From a virus (taxonomy: Duplodnaviria; Caudoviricetes): 64,000 nt of DNA. The position numbers and the translations under genes were made by a program. Location: positions 1,485 to 65,484 of IMG/VR virus record IMGVR_UViG_3300042502_000594; one strand, written 5' to 3'. The notes below the pieces were generated by a model. The model was not told the DNA's origin. It worked only from the letters and a program-made list of their open reading frames with translations, and made no database searches. Shown in pieces: positions 56,472-64,000 of the stretch. Position 1 is the stretch's first letter. Every line of letters begins with the position of its first letter.

Positions 56472-57118
56472 GATTTACACTCTGCGTCAGAAGCAAAGGT
56501 ACAAAACTCGTCGAGACTTTTGTACATTTTTACATACTTAGACGTAGGAAATTTGTCACGCCACTCCATCTTGACACGCGCCCACTCCGGACCAGTTCGT
56601 ACAGGCTGCGCCCGTTTTTCTTCCTTGGCTCCCGAAAAGATGAAATCAATCACAGACTTCTTGCTAGGACGACCGCCCTCCTTTCGTTTGTTCTCTATCA
56701 TCACCTTTACCTCGTCGAGCTTTTCGTGATTCGCTTCTTCAAGCAGTTCCACCATCTGACGAAGAGATATGCAAGAATCGAGCTTACCACGCGTTATCGA
56801 AACCTTCTCGCGAATGACTGGATCGCTGTCCAGGAACTTGATATCAAACCCAAGTTCACGCATAGCGAAGGTAAGGGCGAGAATGTCTGCCTTGATTTGC
56901 GCCGTCCCCCGGTTGGGAACCGAGGGGTAAATTGCGGAGTGCGAGTCTGTGCGTTTGTCACCGTCTATCCATATTGATGTAATACTAATCGCGTAGTCTG
57001 AATACTCCCTGTCAACAAGCACAGTTGCATCTGGGAATCTTTCCTTTAGCTCCTTAATTAGTACTCTATATTCACTTAATTCGTGCGGTGTTGGGTCCGC
57101 TATTTTCAGCTCTATCAT
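56468..57118 (-). CDS. Hypothetical protein (216 aa)
   Basis: Own TATATTTG box (57142-57135); ATGA-coupled to the fibre gene. Confidence 0.6.
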   Translation of the reverse strand: MIELKIADPTPHELSEYRVLIKELKERFPDATVLVDREYSDYAISITSIWIDGDKRTDSHSAIYPSVPNRGTAQIKADILALTFAMRELGFDIKFLDSDPVIREKVSITRGKLDSCISLRQMVELLEEANHEKLDEVKVMIENKRKEGGRPSKKSVIDFIFSGAKEEKRAQPVRTGPEWARVKMEWRDKFPTSKYVKMYKSLDEFCTFASDAECKS

Positions 57119-57141
57119 ATCGTTGTATTGAATGCAAATAT

Positions 57142-57222
57142 AAAAAGAAAACCCAAGCCGTTGCCTGGGTCAACCATAAGTAATCACTAACACTATTTAT
57201 TACCAAAACCGGGGCGAATATA
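57142..57222 (-). ncRNA. Candidate small RNA
   Basis: TATATTCG promoter variant 57222-57215; terminator ACCCAGGC-AACG-GCTTGGGT followed by TTTCTTTTT. Confidence 0.45.
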
Positions 57223-57273
57223 TACCCACATGTTTAGTTATGCAAATTATTTTGTATTAATTAAGAAATGTCA

Positions 57274-57359
57274 TATATTTGCCATGCAAGTTCGCGCACA
57301 TCAGTGCAGTCGGGAGACGAGAACTTTGAGGGCGGGCTGATCACCGCCCTCTGTGTTTT
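57274..57359 (+). ncRNA. Candidate structured small RNA
   Basis: TATATTTG 57274-57281; AAGTTC/GAACTT-closed junction with two mini-hairpins; terminator GAGGGCGG-GCTGATCA-CCGCCCTC-TGTGTTTT. Confidence 0.5.
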
Positions 57360-57389
57360 CAGAAGGTATACAACTACAGAAGGGAGAAA

Positions 57390-57605
57390 TTACTTGGTAG
57401 AGCGCTTCGCCTTGGACTTCTTGTGGTGTCCGTAAAGAACGACGATGGACACAGTGCAGGCTAGTAGTAGAGACGCGATTCGGAAGCCCCACTCGGCCTG
57501 TTCCTGCCATGAAAGTACGGTAGCAAATGTAGTTAATAAAACTGACGCTGCTCCGTCTGCGTATCCGTCTCCTGTCATATCCGTGTGATTGATATCGTGC
57601 TGCAT
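57390..57605 (-). CDS. Small two-TM membrane protein (holin-like)
   Basis: Two hydrophobic segments, basic C-terminal tail, own TATATTTG box. Confidence 0.5.
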   Translation of the reverse strand: MQHDINHTDMTGDGYADGAASVLLTTFATVLSWQEQAEWGFRIASLLLACTVSIVVLYGHHKKSKAKRSTK

Positions 57606-57623
57606 TGCGCTTACAAATATATG

Positions 57624-60614
57624 TTACTTTGACTCTTCTATCTTTGCTTTTTTCTCTTTTTCTTTCTCTTTTTCGTTTCCGTAAGTAGAGACTCCACCTC
57701 CCAAGAAAGCATAAGCGGTCAAGAAGCCTGCTACGGTTTCAGGTTGATCCTCCCAAAGCTCATTTACAGTACCTATGTACATAGGGTAAAGACTACCGGC
57801 AAGCTCTTCTGATAATATAAACTCTTTACCATATAGTTTTTTCTTACCTTCCTTATCCGCCTTTGTCTGCGCCCACTTAACCGCAAGAGCAGCAGAAGGA
57901 GCAAGTTTGTTCTGAACCAATTGAGTCGCTAACTCAAATCTAGTCGGAGTAAACATTCCCTCGCCTAACTTTTTAGTCTTACCTCCCTTAGTAATCGCAT
58001 CCATAATCATGCGAGCTTGGAACACGATCATCTGCTGCTTACCAGCCCATGGATCTATACGAGTATTGCCAAGGCGAATCTTCATGAAGTCTGAGCTGTA
58101 CGGATCCAAAGAAACCTCTGTTTCTTCATCGTCGTCGTCATTGAATTTAGATGCCGCCAAAGCAACAAAAGAACCTGTAATAGCCATATAAGTCATGAAG
58201 TCGGCCATAGCCATCTTCTGAGCCACCGATGGCTTATATGTCCCCTTTTGCCCCATCTTACCGAAGTGATAAAACGCAAGCGGAGTCATGGTCTTAAGAA
58301 CAGAAGCCCAGTTGCGTGGCGAGAAGAATACTGTTGAAAGGGCCTTAGACGCACCCTCCAAAGGACCGAGTGACGCTCTACCTGTAAGAGTGTTAATCAC
58401 ATCAGCTACATTCTTGTACTCATCTACGTTGTCATTGAAGTTCTTTCCTTCCATTTCGAGCTTCTTCATTCCGTCTAGGTAACGAAGGATACGAATGGTA
58501 TTCATATAACCAACCGTAGCTCTTTCTAGCGCCTTAAATACGTTGAGTTGTTTCCACTTTTCATACGCTTGCTTGCTGGCAAACTTAAGCGGCCAACCGG
58601 CATAGTCCCATATAAAGTTAACCCAGCCTCCCAAGAATTGCTCTTCCTTAGCATTGAGTTTAGCGTCAAACTCCGACAAAGAGAGTTTAGACTTCTTCAT
58701 CTGCTCGTAATAGGGCTGAGTCTTAATAAAGTCACCCCATTGTTTAGCTTTCTTTTCGCTGGTAAAGTGTTGTACCGCCTTGAAAAACGCTCTAGCTGCA
58801 TTCATGGGGTGAGCTAATGTTTGTATGCCCCCCTGAATAAGCATAAACGAAATCTCACCCGTAGCCATAAGTGCGCGGGGGATGTTCCATATTTCAAGCA
58901 GTCCGTCGCGGAACTTCTGGAACTTAGTTCTATTTTGAAGCTCTACTTTGTATAACTCAGTATCAAACTCGTCTTGCAAGTTTTGTTTTTCTACACGCAG
59001 TTTGGCGAGTTCCTCATCCTCAGTAAGCGGAGTCACCTTCTTTTTAGAGAAGTTACCTGTATCCAATCTTTCCTGAAGTTCTTCGATTCTCCTTGCCGCA
59101 CGCTGCTTAGCTTGCTCAAGCCTCTTGGCGTTCTTGATCCCAGTAGATTCCAAAAGGTTATCTACCTCTTTAATCAACTTCTTTTCTTCCTCGGTCTTTT
59201 GAGCTTTCTTCTTGGGGTCCTTCTCAGACTCAATACCTGCTTGCAGATCCTCAATTCTCGATGTGAGTTTACCTATTCGCTTAAGCCTGTTAATCTCATC
59301 CTTGATATCATCAGACGTCTTGGTTACTTCCTTTCCGTAACCAGTAATAGCGTCACGAATCTCACGATCGGTAGCGTTTGGATATGTCTCTGAAACCATG
59401 GCCTTCACCGCCGAAACAAGGTCGTCCATGTTATCGATACCTGACTCTACAAAACTGCGAATCATTCCAGACGGAATCTGTATATCTCCCGGAGTCTCCT
59501 CAGAGAATACACCCTCTACCTGTGCGCGAACAGCATCTTTGTCTGCGCTATTTAATCTCTTGTACCATTCCTCCTGCTCAACAGCGTTCATCATTGCCGC
59601 GATACCGTCAGCAATCTTACCGCTTGCCTCAATCGCCTTTGCCCCAATCTCAACTAAGTCATTCCAGGTTACACCCTGAGTCTTAATTTGAATCGGATTA
59701 CCGTTGGCGTCCTTGAACTGAACGGGCTTTGTCTTTAGTTTCTTACGGAAGTCATCCGCTACAGACTTTGCCTTTTGAGTATAACTAACTTTAGCTGTCT
59801 GCTTTTGCTTGACGCTAGTTACTATACTTGCTATAACCTGATCTTCCTCAGCTTTCTTAGCACGAGCCTCCGCTTCTTTCAACTTAGCGTTCAACTCCTT
59901 GATTTTCTCATCGAGCTTGCGGAACTTCTTCTCGATATCTTCTGGGATAAACCCTTCGTTTTTATTCTTGTACTCTTGTATCTTCTTCTCAGCAGAGTAG
60001 CCAAACTTGGAGTTGCGATAAATATCATCTAATGAAGATATGAATCTACCTGCGCTTCTTGCCTTACGGTCAAACTCATTGAATAGCTTTTGCTGCAAGT
60101 CAACCAGTTCAGCCATTTCCTGATCGGTCTCGGCATACTCCATGTCTGTTTCCACTTGGTCAATAAGCTCTGCAAACACGTATGCCGCGGCCCCATCCTC
60201 CATCATGCTCGCCCTTACCGCTTGTAACGCATCGTCAAAACCAACTGCATCCACAAACTTCTGAGCAGCTTCTCTTGCGTCAGTTCTGCTTTCTACATCG
60301 TAGGTCAATCCGTACTTGTCTATAGCTTTTTTGGCCGCTTCTACATCCATGCCCTTCACCGCTCTTCCAAACAATGCCTTGCGGCGTCTCTTTGGTTTCT
60401 CTTCCTCGGTTTCTTTTTTACCAGGGGCAGGTGGCTTGGGTGGCGTCGCCCCAAAAGGGTTATCACCGCCAAGGCGATTAGTATTTATCGTACCGTCGGC
60501 AATAAACTTTTCCAACGCCCCGTTATAGAGCATCTCCATGTAATCCTCAAAGGTCATCTCCTTTGGAGTAGCACCCTTAGAAGTCTTGATTGTTACCTTA
60601 CAAGGTTTCGCCAT
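57624..60614 (-). CDS. Large helical virion/ejection-type protein (996 aa)
   Basis: Long coiled coils; C-terminal DPYSSDFMKIRLGNTRIDPWAG motif seen in large phage internal proteins. Confidence 0.6.
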   Translation of the reverse strand: MAKPCKVTIKTSKGATPKEMTFEDYMEMLYNGALEKFIADGTINTNRLGGDNPFGATPPKPPAPGKKETEEEKPKRRRKALFGRAVKGMDVEAAKKAIDKYGLTYDVESRTDAREAAQKFVDAVGFDDALQAVRASMMEDGAAAYVFAELIDQVETDMEYAETDQEMAELVDLQQKLFNEFDRKARSAGRFISSLDDIYRNSKFGYSAEKKIQEYKNKNEGFIPEDIEKKFRKLDEKIKELNAKLKEAEARAKKAEEDQVIASIVTSVKQKQTAKVSYTQKAKSVADDFRKKLKTKPVQFKDANGNPIQIKTQGVTWNDLVEIGAKAIEASGKIADGIAAMMNAVEQEEWYKRLNSADKDAVRAQVEGVFSEETPGDIQIPSGMIRSFVESGIDNMDDLVSAVKAMVSETYPNATDREIRDAITGYGKEVTKTSDDIKDEINRLKRIGKLTSRIEDLQAGIESEKDPKKKAQKTEEEKKLIKEVDNLLESTGIKNAKRLEQAKQRAARRIEELQERLDTGNFSKKKVTPLTEDEELAKLRVEKQNLQDEFDTELYKVELQNRTKFQKFRDGLLEIWNIPRALMATGEISFMLIQGGIQTLAHPMNAARAFFKAVQHFTSEKKAKQWGDFIKTQPYYEQMKKSKLSLSEFDAKLNAKEEQFLGGWVNFIWDYAGWPLKFASKQAYEKWKQLNVFKALERATVGYMNTIRILRYLDGMKKLEMEGKNFNDNVDEYKNVADVINTLTGRASLGPLEGASKALSTVFFSPRNWASVLKTMTPLAFYHFGKMGQKGTYKPSVAQKMAMADFMTYMAITGSFVALAASKFNDDDDEETEVSLDPYSSDFMKIRLGNTRIDPWAGKQQMIVFQARMIMDAITKGGKTKKLGEGMFTPTRFELATQLVQNKLAPSAALAVKWAQTKADKEGKKKLYGKEFILSEELAGSLYPMYIGTVNELWEDQPETVAGFLTAYAFLGGGVSTYGNEKEKEKEKKAKIEESK

Positions 60615-61105
60615 TAGAACAATTTTTCTTCGAGAAGCAATAACTTAAATTTATCCTTTCCATCCACATCCTCAAGCATATTGAGCTTGTCGCTATACTC
60701 CGCAACAGACTTGGTTTGAAGCTGGCGGAACTGCTGCAAGAAATCAAACGTGCAAAGGTCTACGTTGAACATCTTCTTTGATGTTTCCTCGTACGCCTCG
60801 TACAGGTCATACTCAATTTTGTAAGCCTCTTCCAAGATCTCTAAAAGGCCGGAGAACTCCACCTGTGGCTTAGGTACAGTCGGAAGTGGAACGGTAATGT
60901 TCCAGTCCACCAAGTACTTTTCAATCTTGGCCGCGTGTTCGAGTTCGTCTTGTGACTCAGCCGCGAAAAAGGCAGCAGCCTTGAAGTAACCAACACCCTG
61001 ACACCAGTTGCTGGCGGCACGGTAGAAGTAAAAAGCATCCATCTCGTCAAGATGGCGTGGCGCCAATAGCTCTACTGCGCCTTTATCTAATTTATTGGGT
61101 ATCAT
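60614..61105 (-). CDS. Ferritin-like protein (non-haem FtnA type)
   Basis: 163 aa; DEMDAFYFY...WC...G...AAAFF..ESQDELEHA.K...Y, AYKIE, TFDFLQQF..LQ. Confidence 0.85.
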   Translation of the reverse strand: MIPNKLDKGAVELLAPRHLDEMDAFYFYRAASNWCQGVGYFKAAAFFAAESQDELEHAAKIEKYLVDWNITVPLPTVPKPQVEFSGLLEILEEAYKIEYDLYEAYEETSKKMFNVDLCTFDFLQQFRQLQTKSVAEYSDKLNMLEDVDGKDKFKLLLLEEKLF

Positions 61106-61111
61106 ATCTTA

Positions 61112-64000
61112 TTACGGGCAACCGTCGGTTTTATCTGTTATCACACCTGCGTCTTGCAGTTGCTTGTTGATCTTTGAAATATTGTCGTAAATATACTTCA
61201 ACTTTGGGTCAGATTCCAAAATACGCTTGTTGTCCAGCTTCGATTGTCTGTCCCCCTTATAATAATTGTCAATAATGTTTGCAATAGTGGCTTTGATTCC
61301 GGTCTTTGTTACTGGCGTCACGCCAAAGTCGTCTTTCAGAATCTCATCAAGTTGCTCTTTTTGATTTGCGGAGAGAGACTGATACCATTCTTGACTTCCG
61401 ATTAAATCGTCAACAGCCTCTTGAGGATCTCTCCCCGAAGAAATCTCTTCTTCAACCGCGTCAGTTGCAAGAACAACGTCTAATTCCTTCTTACCCTTAG
61501 CATCGAGGTCTTTGTATTCTTTTGTTCCCTTGAACTTGTTGATTGCCTCAATAATGTTTTCGGTAGTTTCAAGAATAGTCGCGTAAGCTTCGTATGCGGC
61601 GGCAAGTAACTTTGGACCCGCCATAAGCATCCCGCCTGAAGCGTCTCTTAAATCTTGAGCCTTTGCCCTTAGTTCTTCTGCCTTTTGGAGTCTTTTTGAT
61701 TTAGACTCTCTAGCTGCTTCTTCTTGTTGCGACGGTGCAACATCGCTAGGAAGACCTTCTCCCTGTTGGTCAAGTTGTCCAAGGTCGACTTCTTGTTTGA
61801 ATCTTTCATATTCTTCTATTAATTTTATTTTTTCATCCTCTGGAAGTAGCTCGAAGTAATCAACCTGTTCACCCTCATCAATGCGACCTTCTTCAATCCC
61901 TTGGTTTACCTTACGCATAGAGTCGTACTCAGCCGCCTCTTCCATGTCTCTGTTAAACTTATCAAGCATATCGACAAGTTCGTCCTCCATTTGTTCTTTA
62001 TTCTCAAATGAAGCCACTACATCTTGGATTTGTGCAACAGTATCTAATTCATCAAAAACGGCAGCGCCCATTTCACGAAGGTCTTCTTTGGCTATTGAAC
62101 TCGCACTTGTTCCGGTGTCGGATACAATCCCCGCTTTCTTAGCTGCTTGCAACTCTTTACTATCCCTTCCTAACTCTGAAGATGTTGTGCTGATCTTTCC
62201 TCCGTTTAAGAAATAAAGCAAAATACTTCCTCTAAGTCCAAACGTAAAGTCATTAGCCATCGCTTTCGCTGCTTTGACCTTTTCATTTCGCTCTTTATTG
62301 AATTTGCGATCGACATTCCTCCTTGATACCGCCTTGCCGTCTTTCTTGCTAACAAGCTTGATGTTCCCGCCTAGCGCAGGAGATGTGGCAAAGCCTAATC
62401 TGTCGGCTTCTTCTTTAATTTCATTCAATAAATTGCCAGCTAGAGGTTTTCTTTTCTTAGCAATCTTATTGTAGCGGTTCTTTTTGTTAATCAGCTCATT
62501 TACCGATTGGTCGAGAGCTTTCTTTTCATCGAGTTTGCTCTTTGGTTTTTCTGCTTCAACTTGTTCAACCGGGCTTACAGCGTTCTTATTAAACGCTACG
62601 ACTTGAGCGTTACCGTAAGTGCTTTCTATATCCTCATACCCTTTGTCTGTATCTATTGCGGATTGCTTTATGACTAAGCCATCATAACCTAGCCCTCTTA
62701 ATTTATCATTTACATATTTTGTTGTATCAGGATGCCATTTTGATTGCGGATTGTTTTTTGTAAACTCATTAATAAATCCTTTTATCAAATCAAAATCCCC
62801 ATCCTTTTCTACTATGTATGGATTATTTAGTTTTACTCTGTATGGCTTTCCTTTTCCTGAAGCGGCCTTCGATGCCTCTTCTGATTCAAGATAAACTGCG
62901 TCTCCTTTTGTTTTTTCACCATACCCCTCATGCCACAACACGGCTTCAAACGGCTTTGATTCTACACTAGCACCCGCCGCTTCGGTTACATCTTCTGGAT
63001 AAATAATAGCGCTTTCGTCAAGCACAGCTATTTCAGTTCCGTACTGACCGCCCTCATCTATTATAGCATCGTATCCAAGCTCTTGCGCTGCTTCACCAAA
63101 GTATTTACCCTCCTCAATGTCACTAGCGGAATAGAAATCAACGTAACCCTTCTTGTCATATTGAGATTGAAAATCTTCATTAAAAAACTTCCACTCGCCA
63201 TTTACAAATTCGGCCTCACGTTGACGTATTTTAGGCAACATTGCTTTGTTGTACAGCTCAGCAGCTTTCTTATCAACATCCTTAAACTCCTTGCTGTTTG
63301 TGTATAATGGTTTTTTAAGGTCAAGGTTTACCTCAGTTACATTATCTCCACCAAACTCATCAGTCGCTCCTTTGCGGCTACCGGCGAAGTAAACAGCCTT
63401 ACCCCATTGAGGTGCTGTGTTCGCCCTTAATCTTCCTTCGCGCTTCTTAGATGACGCGTGAAAGAAAGCAGTTTTGCCATTTATTTTTATTGGAGAAATC
63501 TTTCTTCCGTCTTTTAATGTTAACTGCTGCGTTTCGGTTTTTTCAGTAATTGCTAGTGGCTTGACTTCTTCAAACTCAGTCTCTATTCCGCCAACATCCT
63601 TTCTTGATTGCTCAAGGGCCTTTCGATACGACTCGAAGTCGTACCCTGCAAGGCCAGCTGTAGCCTTTTCGTATTGAGCTGCAAGAGGTAGAAGTTTTCC
63701 AGGCAGTTCCTCGGCGTCTACTATCTCCCCGTTTTTATCGGTAATGATTATCTCATTGTCGTAATCCCAGTCAATAGAATACCCGTTATTAGCAAACTCC
63801 ATTTCAATACCAGCCATCTCATCTGTGATCGGCTTCATATTGATTCTAATCTCTTCAGGAGTCATTTCAGGAGCAGCTTCCACCCCTGCCTCTTTAGTAG
63901 GCGCAACCTCTACCTTAGGCTCTTCAAACAGTTTGGCTAGTCTTTCACGGCGGTCTGGTTTACCCTTAGGCGCTTCCTTGACCTCGGATACTAGTTTCTG
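61112..64000 (-). CDS. Giant polyvalent-type protein, 5' part outside the window; two ART-PolyVal-like domains
   Basis: Frame stays open from 63883 (a GTG) to 64000; FFHAS...WGKAVYFA...LDLKKPL...LGYDAII...EIAVLD and LWHEG...AVYL...KLNNPY...LGYDGLVI...QVVAFN. Confidence 0.7.
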   Translation of the reverse strand, partial: QKLVSEVKEAPKGKPDRRERLAKLFEEPKVEVAPTKEAGVEAAPEMTPEEIRINMKPITDEMAGIEMEFANNGYSIDWDYDNEIIITDKNGEIVDAEELPGKLLPLAAQYEKATAGLAGYDFESYRKALEQSRKDVGGIETEFEEVKPLAITEKTETQQLTLKDGRKISPIKINGKTAFFHASSKKREGRLRANTAPQWGKAVYFAGSRKGATDEFGGDNVTEVNLDLKKPLYTNSKEFKDVDKKAAELYNKAMLPKIRQREAEFVNGEWKFFNEDFQSQYDKKGYVDFYSASDIEEGKYFGEAAQELGYDAIIDEGGQYGTEIAVLDESAIIYPEDVTEAAGASVESKPFEAVLWHEGYGEKTKGDAVYLESEEASKAASGKGKPYRVKLNNPYIVEKDGDFDLIKGFINEFTKNNPQSKWHPDTTKYVNDKLRGLGYDGLVIKQSAIDTDKGYEDIESTYGNAQVVAFNKNAVSPVEQVEAEKPKSKLDEKKALDQSVNELINKKNRYNKIAKKRKPLAGNLLNEIKEEADRLGFATSPALGGNIKLVSKKDGKAVSRRNVDRKFNKERNEKVKAAKAMANDFTFGLRGSILLYFLNGGKISTTSSELGRDSKELQAAKKAGIVSDTGTSASSIAKEDLREMGAAVFDELDTVAQIQDVVASFENKEQMEDELVDMLDKFNRDMEEAAEYDSMRKVNQGIEEGRIDEGEQVDYFELLPEDEKIKLIEEYERFKQEVDLGQLDQQGEGLPSDVAPSQQEEAARESKSKRLQKAEELRAKAQDLRDASGGMLMAGPKLLAAAYEAYATILETTENIIEAINKFKGTKEYKDLDAKGKKELDVVLATDAVEEEISSGRDPQEAVDDLIGSQEWYQSLSANQKEQLDEILKDDFGVTPVTKTGIKATIANIIDNYYKGDRQSKLDNKRILESDPKLKYIYDNISKINKQLQDAGVITDKTDGCP

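Noticed and set aside
48370-57118. Diversity-generating retroelement or invertible fibre cassette
   Set aside because: No reverse transcriptase, recombinase, or near-identical template/variable repeat pair was seen.
1-64000. Stop-codon reassignment as in some crAss-like phages
   Set aside because: Long genes are intact and tightly coupled under the standard code; the apparent gap at 1-3231 is an edge-truncated ORF.

Overview
The whole window reads as dsDNA tailed phage (probable podovirus) sequence in the standard genetic code. The host is most likely Bacteroidota: more than 15 TAnnTTTG -7 promoter boxes, A-rich leaders without Shine-Dalgarno motifs, and a C-K-K-E-E lipoprotein. Minus strand 27052->1: GroES-like genes, large terminase, portal, scaffold-like protein, major capsid protein, ring/adaptor proteins, muzzle protein and ejection-type proteins, in a crAss-like/phi14:2-like order. 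Plus strand 27129-36492: replication initiator, primase-helicase, SSB, metallophosphoesterase and a C5 DNA methyltransferase with a nested second frame. Around 36.5-38.2 kb: four tiny proteins (three strongly basic) and a repeat-rich noncoding stretch that may be the genome end/pac region. Plus strand 38186-48307: small early genes, a PD-(D/E)xK nuclease, NinB/NinG-like genes. Minus strand 64000->48370: a giant protein with ART-like domains, ferritin, fibre proteins and lysis genes. Both edge ORFs run off the window on the minus strand. No DNA or RNA polymerase, integrase, tRNA or CRISPR array was recognised. The most striking unexplained signal is noncoding: two ~105-nt promoter/hairpin/hairpin/terminator leaders (plus a weaker third) whose first loop is a perfect 9-nt complement of the terminator loop, and short promoter-terminator units antisense to the start-codon regions of the phage's own genes. 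All protein calls come from motif recognition and synteny by eye; no database search was run.
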